From the NCBI GenBank assembly GCA_004431415.1, contig QPMI01000408.1, positions 744,001-808,000 on the forward strand: a DNA stretch of 64,000 bases. Reading direction: 5' to 3'. The position numbers and the translations under genes were made by a program. Numbering within the stretch: position 1 is the stretch's first letter; the number at the start of each line of letters is the position of its first letter. Shown here piece by piece: positions 22,840 to 33,242 of the stretch. The notes beneath the pieces were generated by a model. That model saw only the letters and a program-made list of their open reading frames with translations. It ran no database searches and was not told where the DNA came from. This stretch comes from Cyanophora paradoxa CCMP329 (Eukaryota; Plantae; Glaucophyta).

Positions 22840-25800
22840 CCGCGCCCTCGCGCGCCCCACGCCGACGCTCGACCCGCCGCCGCCGCATAACCTGCTTGCG
22901 CAGGGCGGACCGGCCGCTGATCATGACTCGCCCGCGACGCTCTCCGGCGGGCACCCTGGGCTCCACCTCCACGGCTCCGCCCCGAGGTCCGAAAGCGACC
23001 TCGCGCGGCCCCGCACCGCCGCTCGACCGCCACCACCGCCTGACCTGCTTGCGCAGGGCGGGCCGGCCGTGGGCTCGCCTGCAGCGCCTTCCGGCTGGAG
23101 CCCCTTGGGCTCCACCTCCGCCCCGAGGTCTGAAGCGACCTCGCGCGGCCCGGCAACGCCGCTCGGCTCGCCGCCTCCGCCTGACCTGCTGGCGCAGGGC
23201 GGGCCGGCTAGGTCCAAAAATCGACCTCGCGCAGCCCCGCATCGCCGCTCGACCCGCCGCCGCTGCCTGACCTGCTTGCCAAGGCGGGCCGGCCGCTGGC
23301 TCGCAGGTAGCACTCCCGGGCTGGAGCCCAGGGCCCCACCTCCGCCCCGAGGCCGACCGCTGGCCCGTCTGCGGCGGAGTCCACCGCACCGAGGTCCGTC
23401 ACGACCTCGCGCGGCCCCGCGCCGCCGCTCGACCCGCCGCCAACTCATACCCTGCTTGCGCAGGGCGGGCCGACCGCTGGCTCGCATGCAGCGCTCCCAG
23501 CTGGAGCCCAGGGCTCCACCTTCGCCCCGAGGTCAGTCACGACCTCGAGCAGCCCCCGCGCTGCTGCTCGACCCGCCGCCGCCGCATAACCTGCTTGCGC
23601 AGGGCGGGCCGGCCGCTGGCTCGCATGCAGCGCTTCCCGGCTAAAGTCCAGGGCCCCACCTCCGCCCCGAGGTCCGTCACGGCCTCGCGCGGCCCCGCGC
23701 TGCAGCTCGGCGTACCGCCGCCGCTTATCTTGCTTGCGCAGGGCGGGCCGGCCGCTGGCTCGCATGCAGCGCTCCCCGGCTGGAGCCCAGGGCTCCGCCT
23801 CCGCCACGAGGTCCGTCACGGCCTCGCGCGGCCCCGCGCTGCCGCTCGACCCGTCGCCGCCGCTTATCCTGCTTGCGCAGGGCGGGCCGGCCGCTGGCTC
23901 GCATGCAACACTCCCCGGCTGGAGCCCAGGGCTCCACCTCCACCCCGAGGCCGTCACGGCCTCGCGCGGCCCCGCGCGGCCGCTCGACCCGCCGCCACTG
24001 CTTATCCTGCTTGCGCAGGGCGGGCCGGCCGCCGGCTCGCACGCAACACTCCCCGGCTGGAGCCCAGGGCTCCACCTCCACCCGAGGCCGTCACGGCCTC
24101 GCCCGGCCCGCGCTGCCGCTCGACCCGTCGCCGCCGCATTACCTGCTGGCGCGGGGCGGGCCGACCGCTGGCTCGCAGGCAGCACTCCTCGGCTGGAGCC
24201 CAGGGCTCCGCCTCCGCCCCGAGGTCCGCCACGGCCTCGCGCGGCCCCGCGCTGCCGCTCGACCCGCCGCCGCCGCCTGACCTGCTTGCGCAGGGCGGGC
24301 CAGCCGCTTCCTCACCTGCGGCACTCTCCGGCTGGAGCCCAGGACTCCACCTGCACCCCGAGGTCCGTCACGGCCTCGCGCGGCCCGGTGCTGCCGCTTC
24401 GCTCGCCACAGCCGCCTGACTCAGTGAATCACTGGCGCAGGGCGGGCCAGCCGCTGAAGCGCCCGCCGCATTCTCCTGCTGGAGCTCAAGGCTCCACCGC
24501 CTCCCCGAGGTCTGCAGCGACCTCGCGCGGCCCCGCGCCGCCGCTCGCCCCGCCGCCCGCGGCCGCCGCATAACCTGCTGGCGCAGGGCGGGCCGGCCGC
24601 TGGCTCACCTGCCGCGCTCCCCGGCTGGAGCCCAGGGCCCCACCTCCGCCCCGAGGTCCGTCACGGCCTCGCGTGGCCCCGCGCTGCCGCTCGACCCGCC
24701 GCCGCCGCATAACCTGCTTGCGCAGGGCGGGCCGGCCGCTGGCTCGCATGCAGCGCTCCCCGGCTGGAGCCCAGGGCTCCACCTCCGCCCCGAGGCCCGT
24801 CACGGCCTCGCGCAGACCCCCGCCGCCGCTCGACCCGCCGCCGCCGCTCATCCTGCTTGCGCAGGGCGGGCCGGCCGCGGGCTCGCATGCAGCACTCCCC
24901 GGCTGGAGCCCAAGGCTCCGCCTCCGCCACGAGGTCCGTCCCGGCCTCGCGCAGCCCCCGCGCTGCGGCTCGACCCGCCGCCGCCGCATCACCTGCTTGC
25001 GCAGGGCGGGCTGGCCGCTGGCTCGCATGCAGCACTCCCCGGCTGGAGCCCAGGGCTCCACCTCCGCCCCGAGGTCCGTCACGGCCTCGCACGGCCCCGC
25101 GCTGCCGCTCGACCCGCCGCCGCCGCGTAACCTGCTGGCGCAGGGCAGGCCGGCCGCGGGCTCGCAGGCAGCGCTCCCCAGCTGGAGCCCAGGGCCCCAC
25201 CTCCGCCCCGAGGTCCGTCGCGGCCTCGCGCGGCCCGCGCTGCCGCTCGACCCGCCGCCGCGGCCGCCGCATAACCTGCTGGCGCAGGGCGGGCCGGCCG
25301 CTGGCTCACCTGCCGCGCTCCCCGGCTGGAGCCCAGGGCCCCACCTCCGCCCCGAGGTCCGTCACGGCCTCGCGTGGCCCCGCGCTGCCGCTCGACCCGC
25401 CGCCACCGCATAACCTGCTTGCGCAGGGCGAGCCGGCCGCTGGCTCGCATGCAGCGCTCCCCGGCTGGAGCCCAGGGCTCCACCTCCGCCCGAGGCCCGT
25501 CACGGCCTCGCGCAGACCCCGCCGCCGCTCGACCGCCGCCGCCGCTCATCCTGCTTGCGCAGGGCGGGCGGCCGCGGGCTCGCATGCAGCACTCCCCGGC
25601 TGGAGCCCAAGGCTCCGCCTCCGCACGAGGTCCGTCCCGGCCTCGCGCAGCCCCGCGCTGCGGCTCGACCCGCCGCCGCCGCATCACCTGCTTGCGCAGG
25701 GCGGGCCGGCCGCTGGCTCGCATGCAGCACTCCCGGCTGGAGCCCAGGGCTCCACCTCCGCCCCGAGGTCCGTCACGGCCTCGCGCGGCCCGCGCTGCGG

Positions 25801-28800
25801 CTCGACCCGCCGCCGCCGCATAACCTGCTGGCGCAGGGCAGGCCGGCCGCGGGCTCGCAGGCAGCGCTCCCCGGCTGGAGCCAGGGCCCACCTCCGCCCC
25901 GAGGTCCGTCGCGGCCTCGCGCGGCCCCGCGCTGCCGCTCGACCCGCCGCCGCCGCATAACCTGCTGGCGCAGGGCGGGCCGGCCGCTGGCTCGAACGCG
26001 GCGCTCTCCGGCTGGAGCCCAGGGCTCCACCTCCGCCCGAGGTCCGTCACGGCCTCGCGCGGCCCCACACTGCCGCTCGACCCGCCACCGCCGCACCACC
26101 TGCTTGCGCAGGGCGGGCCGGCCGCTGGTTCGCATGCAGCGCTCCCCCGCTCGAGCCCAGGGCCCCGCATCCGCCCCGAGGTCCGCCACGGCCTCGCGCG
26201 GCCCCACACTGCCGCTCGACCGCCACCGCCGCACCACCTGCTTGCGCAGGGCGGGCCGGCCGCTGGTTCGCATGCAGCGCTCCCCGGCTCGAGCCCAGGG
26301 CCCCACCTCCGCCCGAGGCCGTCGCGGCCTCGCGCGGCCCGCGCTGCGCTCGACTCGCCGCCGCCGCATACCCTGCTTGCGCAGGGCGGGCCGGCCGCTG
26401 GCTCGCATGCGGCGCTCCCAGCTGGAGCCCAGGGCTCCACCTTCGCCCCGAGGTCAGTCACGACCTCGAGCGGCTTCGCGCTGCTGCTCGACCCGCCGCC
26501 GCCGCATAACCTGCTTGCGCAGGGCAGGCCGGCCGCGGGCTCGCATGCAGCGCTCCCCGGCTGGAGCCCAGGGCTCCACCGCTGCCCCGAGGTCCTTCAC
26601 GGCCTCGCGCGGCCCCGCGCTGCAGCTCGGCGTACCGCCACTGCCTGACCTGCTGGCGCAGGGCGGGCCGGCCGTTGGCTCGTCCGCCGCGCTCTCCGGC
26701 TGGAGCTCAAGGCTCCACCGCCGCCCCGAGGTCCGTCACGGCTTCGCGCGGCCCCGCGCTGCCGCTCGACCCGCCGCCACCGCATAACCTGCTTGCGCAG
26801 GGCGGGCCGGCCGCTGGCGTGCCTGCAGCGCTCCCCGGCTGGAGCCCAGGGCTCCACCTTCAACCCGAGGCCTGTCAAGGCCTCGCGCGGCCCCGCGCTG
26901 CCGCTCAACCCGCCGCCGCCGCATCACCTGCCTGCGCAGGGCCGGCCGCTGGCTCGCATGCAGCGCTTCCCGGCTGGAGCCTAGGGCTACGCCTCCGCCC
27001 CGAGGTCCGTCACGGCTTCGCACGGCCCCGCGCTGCCGCTCGACCCGCCACCGCCGCACCACCTGCTTGCGCAGGGCGGGCCGGCCGCTGGCTCGCATGC
27101 AGCTCCCCCCGGCCGGAATCCAGGGCTCCACCTCCGCCCCGAGGTCCGTTCACGGCCTCATGCGGCCCCGCGCCGCCACTCGACCCGCCGCCGCCGCATA
27201 ACCTGCTTGCGCAGGACGGGCCGGCCGCTGGCTCGCATACAGCGCTCCCCGGCTGGAGCCCAGGGCTCCACCTCCGCCCCGAGGTCCGTCACGGCCTCGC
27301 GCAGCCCCGGGCTGCCGCTCGACCCGCCGCCGCCGCATAACCTGCTTGCGCAGGGCGGGCCGGCCGCTGGCTCGCATGCAGCGCTCCCCAGCTGGAGCCC
27401 AGGGCTCCGCCTCCGCCCCGAGGTCCGTCACGGCCTCGCGCGGCCCCGCGCTGCAGCTCGGCGTACCGCCACCGCCTGACCTGCTTGCGCAGGGCGGGCC
27501 GGCCGCTGGCTCGACCGTGGCGCCCTCCGGCTGGAGCCCAGGGCTCCACCTCCACCCCGAGGTCCGTTCACGGCCTCGCACGGCCCCACGCCACCACCCG
27601 GCTTGCCGCCGCCGCCTGACCTGCGGGTGCAGGGCGGGCCGGCCGCTTGCCCGCCCACCACGCTCTCCTGCTGGAGCTCAAGGCTCCACCACCTCCCCGA
27701 GGTCTGCAGCGACCTCGCGCGGCCCGGCGCCGCCGCCCGGCTCGCTGCCTCCGCCTGACCGGCTGGCACAGGGCGGGCCGGCCCTTAGCCCGCCCGCGGC
27801 CGTCGGACGCTTCCTGGCTGGAGCTCAAGGCTCCGCCACCGCCCCAAGGTCTGCAGCAACCTCGCGCGATCCCGCGCCGCCGCTGAACCCGCCGCCGCCA
27901 CCTGACCTGCTTGCGCAGGGCGGGCCGGCCGGTGGACTGCGTGCAGCGCCTCCTGCGGTAGCTAAAAGCTCCGCCGCCGCCCGAAGGTCCGTAGCGGCCT
28001 CGCGCGGTCCCGCGCCGCCGCTCGACCCGCTACCGCCGTCAGACCTACTCGCGAAGTGCAGGCCGGTCGCTGGCTCGCCAGCAGCGCTCTCCTGCTGGAG
28101 CTCAAGCCTCCACCACCGCCCCGAGGTCTGCAGCGACCTCGCACGGCCCCGCGCCGCCGCTCGGCTCTCCGCCGCCGCCTCGCCTGCTTGCGCAGGGCGG
28201 GCCGGCCTCTGGCCCGCCCGCGTCGCCCCCCTGCTGGAGCTCAAGGCTCCTTCGTGACCCTGTGGTCCGTCACGGCCTCGCGCGGCCCCGCGCCGCCGCT
28301 CGACCCGCCGCCTCCGCCCGACCTGCTTGCGCAGGGCGGGCCGGCCCCTGGCTCGCCCACAAGGCCCCTGGCTGAAGCTCCAGGCCCCGCCACTACACCG
28401 AGGTCTACTGCGACCTCGCGTGGCCCCGCGCCGCCGCTCGGCTTGCCGCCGCCGCCTGACCTGCTTGCGCAGGGCGGGCCGGCCGCTGGCTCGCCCGCAG
28501 CGCCTCCTACTGGAGCTCAAAGCCCCGCCGCCGCCCCAAGGTCCGTGGCGACCTCGCGTGGCCCCATGCCACAGCTCGGCTCGCCACCGCCGCCTGACCT
28601 GCGTACGCAAGGTGGGCCGGCCTCTGGCATGCCCGCGGCGCTCCCCGGCTGGAGCTCGAGGCTCCACCACCTCCCCGAGGTCTGAAGCGACCTCGCGCGG
28701 CCCACACTACCGCTCGGCCCGCTGCCATCGCTCCCCCAGCTTGCGTAGGGCGGGCCGGCCTCTAGCTCGCCCGCGACGCTTCCTGGCTGGAGCTCAAGGC

Positions 28801-29250
28801 TCCACCCCCGCCCCGAGGTCTGCAGCGACCTCGCGCGTCCCCGCGCCGCCACTGAGCTCGCCACCGCCGCATAACCTGCTTGCGCAGGGCGGGCCGGCCT
28901 CTGGCCCGCCAGCAGCGCTCTCCTGCTGGAGCTCATGGCCCCACCACCGCCCCGAGGTCCGCAACGACCTCGCGCGGCCCCAAGCCGCCGCCGCCTCGCC
29001 TGCTGGCGCAGGGTGGGCTGACCGCTGGCTCGCCCACGGTGCTGTTCCACGGGCGCTCCAGGCCCTGAGGCCCCGCGACCGCTCCCGCGGTCTTATGCGG
29101 CCCCCACGCCTCCGCGCGGCGCGCTTCCGCCGCCTAACCTGCTTGCACAGGGCAGGATGGTGGTGGGCTCGCTTTCGGTGCTCACCGGCTGGGATGGTTT
29201 AGATTCCGCCGCGGCCCCGAGGTCCGCACCGGCCTCGCGCGACCTCACGC
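22840..29250. repeat. ~139-bp GC-rich satellite array, about 46 monomers
   Basis: CCTGCTTGCGCAGGGCGGGCCGG-type anchors at 24713, 24852, 24992 and 25131 (spacing 139-140). Edges are degenerate. Confidence 0.95.
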
Positions 29251-29668
29251 CGACGCGCAGTGCGACCGCCTTGCCCGCCCTCCACCCGTAGCGCGCCCCT
29301 GGCCCGCACCGCCCAGCATGACTTGTCGGCGGCGGGGATCTGGCGGCGCCACTATCCAGCGCCGCCCCCGGTTCGTCGATCGTCCCATAGGGGTACGGCG
29401 AGAACCCCCCAGCCTTCTGTGCCGGCTCGTTACCTCGGGCTTCTTGGCCCGCCCCGGCCCCACGTTGTTGTCCGAATTCACGCTCTCTGCCCGTTCCTCC
29501 TACAGCGCAGTGCGCTGGGGGAGGGAGGCCTAGCGTCTGGGACACGTGGGGTGGCAGGGGAAGGAGGAAGGAGAGGGGGGGAAGGGGGGAGGGCGAAACA
29601 ACCTTCGCCCTCTTGCTCACTTTGTTCCTATGTATGCTATTCTGGCTGGCTGTGACCTGACTCTTGTT

Positions 29669-31757
29669 TGGTAGGGGGTACTGCATTCGTGCTGCGTTCG
29701 CTACGCTCACCCCCGCGGCCTCCGGCGGCGGTACCCGGCTTCGGATCCCCGAACCCGGAAGAAACCGCGTACCCCTCCCCGGGGTACGCCGTTCGCCCCA
29801 ACCGGCCCCACAAGGCGCGGCCCGAGGCCGAACGCGTACCCCGGAGAGGGGTACGGCGTCAGAGCGGCCCCGATCAAGTGTACCCCGAGCGGGTACCCGA
29901 TCGGTCCCGCGACGGCCCGAGCGGAGTACCCCCGAGCGGGGTACACCGTCTCGGCCCGCAACGGCCCTCACCGGGGTACAGGCGCCTAGCGCGCTTACCC
30001 CGGAGAGTTCTTGTTCCGGAACTCGCAAGGGCGAGGCCGGAATGGCATACGGCGATCCGCCCTGGTCGATCGCCAACGTATTATGATACGTGGTTCCCGG
30101 GAAAGCAGCCTTGAGCTGCCGTACCTCAGGGCCCAACCGATGCGCTATCCCGTGCATCTAGCTAAGTAGTGTCAGGCGTAAGATAGCTAGGTCTGCTGCA
30201 TTCGAATGAAGCGAGGCGTAAATCGGGATTTGCGCTCTCAATGCGTAAATCGAGTTTTGCGCCGACTGAATGCAAGTAAAGAAGACCGTAGCCGAGCGCC
30301 AGGCACGAAAGAGCTGAGCGACTCGCTAGCCGCGGAGCGGCGCGAGGCGAGCGCGGGAGGAGCAGCAGGCTCCAGCGAGCGCCCCGCAAGGGACTAGCTG
30401 AGCTAGCCGTTGGGCCGAGCCGGCGGGCTTGAAGCCGCCGAGCTCCGGGGGGTACGCTGATTCGGGGTTTCCCTTCACGCCCAGCTTCGCTCACGGCCGC
30501 TCCAGGCCACGAAGCGACCAGCGGCGAAGCGAAATCGCTCCCGCCCACCTCCCCGCGATTTTTCCTCCGGGGCGCCGAACCTCGCTACCCAGCGAGCCCC
30601 GGCCCGACGCCGCGAAAGTCGCGCAAGGGCAATGCATACGGCGACCAGCACCAGCGTTCGCCGAGGGTATTATAATACGTGGTTCCTTGTCGTCTCCTGC
30701 GCACGCGGTTCCGGATGGTACTCCCGCTCGGTGCTGGCCACCAGCGCGGACGTGGTCGTGCACAGCTGATCCGTGGTAAGTTACAATGGTTCCGTCGAAG
30801 ATTCGGGCACGAACTGCGCAGACTCTGTGTACCGGTCGTCATTCGTGTTTTCCACTCGCGTCCGCTGGACCCGCTTGTGCCGGGCCGGGGCCCAGCGCGC
30901 GCCCAAAAAACAGTCGCGCGGCTTCGTTGCGAATCTCGAGTGTTTTCCCGCTGGGTTTTTACCCTGTTTTTCCGCTGGACCCGCGGGTGCCGAGCTGGGG
31001 TCCAGCGCGTATGGCTGTTACGCGGTTTTTCCCCGCGGCGCTGTAACTTGTTGGGTTTCGAGTCTGCCGCCCCGGCGCGGGGGGAGACTTCGCGCATGAT
31101 CCGGAGTTCTGTCGGTTTTTCGATGAGCCTTGATTGTCGTATTTTTGTACGACTCCTTGGTCTCATGGTCGTCTGCGAACGACGGGCACGCTACGCGCGT
31201 GGTAGGGGGTACTGCATTCGTGCTGCGTTCGCTACGCTCACCCCCGCGGCCTCCGGCGGCGGTACCCGGCTTCGGATCCCCGAACCCGGAAGAAACCGCG
31301 TACCCCTCCCCGGGGTACGCCGTTCGCCCCAACCGGCCCCACAAGGCGCGGCCCGAGGCCGAACGCGTACCCCGGAGAGGGGTACGGCGTCAGAGCGGCC
31401 CCGATCAAGTGTACCCCCGAGCGGGGTACCCCGATCGGTCCCGCGACGGCCCCGAGCGGAGTACCCCCGAGCGGGGTACACCGTCTCGGCCCGCAACGGC
31501 CCTCACCGGGGTACAGGCGCCTAGCGCGCTTACCCCGGAGAGTTCTTGTTCCGGAACTCGCAAGGGCGAGGCCGGAATGGCATACGGCGATCCGCCCTGG
31601 TCGATCGCCAACGTATTATGATACGTGGTTCCCGGGAAAGCAGCCTTGAGCTGCCGTACCTCAGGGCCCAACCGATGCGCTATCCCGTGCATCTAGCTAA
31701 GTAGTGTCAGGCGTAAGATAGCTAGGTCTGCTGCATTCGAATGAAGCGAGGCGTAAA
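29669..31757 (+). repeat. 3' repeat module B1 (29669-30222), A2 (30223-30538), C (30539-31199), B2 (31200-31757)
   Basis: B1 and B2 are near-identical ~555-bp direct repeats. The whole module recurs inverted at 61297-63381. Confidence 0.92.
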
Positions 31758-32395
31758 CGGCCCGACGTCTAGGGTCGGGGCCGCGCTTTCAGGCGGCAGG
31801 CGCCCGTCTAGGACGCAGCGGACCCGGCATTCGCGCCAGTTCCGTTCGATTTTGACAGGGCGCTGGACCCGGACAAGCAGAGGCCCTTGTGCTTGCCCGG
31901 GAAGCGAAAAGGGATCACGTGGGGCTTGTAGTGCGCGTCGCGCGCGTGCAAGCACCAGCCGGAGCGCGTGGTGTCGATGCGGCCGTCAATGCACATGATA
32001 GTGCCGATGCCGATCAGCATGTCTGCGTCCGGGCCGAGAGTTCCGTCCGGCACAACGTGCACGGCACGCGAGACGTAGACGTCGCCAAAGCGGAGAACTA
32101 CGTGGGCTATTTCAGCCTCAATCGTCGCGTGGTGCATGAAGGCACGGAGCGTCTTTGTGCCGGTGTAGCGGGTGCCCTTAGGCATCATCCGCCGCTCGGC
32201 CACTTCACCCATTGCGCCAGTATCGAAGATAAACTTGACGCGAATCCAATCGCCTAGCGTGCCGTCGGGGCCGAGGGCGTACACATACCCATGGCACTGG
32301 AGCAGCAGCCGGCGAAAATCATGCGGCAGCCCGTTAATCCCATCGATAACTCGACCAATCGGGACCGGGGCCGGAAGCTGGCTGGAGTCGGGATC
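31758..32395 (-). CDS. Gypsy aspartic protease (retropepsin) and following region
   Basis: KFIFDTGA catalytic motif and DMLIG motif. One frameshift near 31895. Confidence 0.85.
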
Positions 32396-32501
32396 CGCGG
32401 GCCGGACGAACCTGGGCCTGAGCCGCGAGGGATCACTGCGACGGGCCACCTGCGGACAGCTGCTCGGCTCGACTACATTCTCCAGTCCACGGCAGCCGGG
32501 G

Positions 32502-32784
32502 TGTCGGATAGGAAGTATTCCCACCCGATTGGGCGCCCGCGCGGTCCAGCGCGGGGCCGGCTCCCTGTGCTGGAGCAGCTGTAGATGCAGGCTGGTGTAT
32601 TCTCTGTGTACCCGGAAGACTACTGACTCTGTACCCCTAAGACAGGTAGAGGCAGGCCAGCGTAGGCTACCGCGAGGCAAGCCTACAGGAAGAGACTATG
32701 CTAAGGCACTCTAGACTGCGTCAGGCACCAACTAGCTCTAGTCGCTAAGTCATCTCATAGCCTAGGGAAACTAGCCATGCGACA
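32502..32784 (-). repeat. 3' LTR of the LARD-like element
   Basis: TGTCGG...GCGACA, identical by eye to 50413-50695, with the PPT adjacent. Confidence 0.95.
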
Positions 32785-33242
32785 ACTCCTCTTCCGCTGA
32801 CGTCGCGTCCGCGCGACGTAGCCAGTCAAACCTTGACTCAGTCGGCATAACCGCAAGAGGGCGTCCCCAACACCGCCAATGGGTGCGCCGCTCGAGGGCA
32901 CCGACAGGCCCCAAGACGAGGAACCTGAGCCACGGCCCGGGGGGGCAGGAATGCAGACAGCTGCTAGTCCGTCGGCACGCGCAGCGGGTCTCCCAAATCG
33001 CGGCGGCGACAGGACAGGAGTTCCACTCGGAGTAGATAGGTCGACGTAGCCGAGGTAGAAAATAATAATCATAGTAGACGTAGTAGGATCCGATACCCGA
33101 ATAGTGCATGTACCTGAGCAACCCCTGGCAAAGCTCGAAAGTGCAGAAAAGCATGGTGGCTGAAACCCGTGACTGGCCCAAAACTCGCTCCGTACGGCGA
33201 GCACCGCAGGAGAGGGGCACGGATGGGAAGTTTCACCGCCTC

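Larger units (their letters stand above)
19984..31757 (+). mobile_element. Non-autonomous split-direct-repeat (Ngaro/DIRS-order-like) retroelement, A1...B1-A2-C-B2
   Basis: A1 19984-20299 = A2 30223-30538; B1 29669-30222 = B2 31200-31757. The 3' module is shared with the YR-encoding element at 61297-64000. No TSD, and no RT or YR ORF inside. Confidence 0.85.

Noticed and set aside
22625-29202. Many long ORFs (up to 460 aa) across the satellite
   Set aside because: The 139-bp unit is not a multiple of three, so the peptide cycles through frames. The ORFs are a by-product of stop-poor GC-rich repeats.
22840-29250. CRISPR-like array
   Set aside because: Whole monomers repeat with no unique spacers, there are no cas genes, and the context is eukaryotic.
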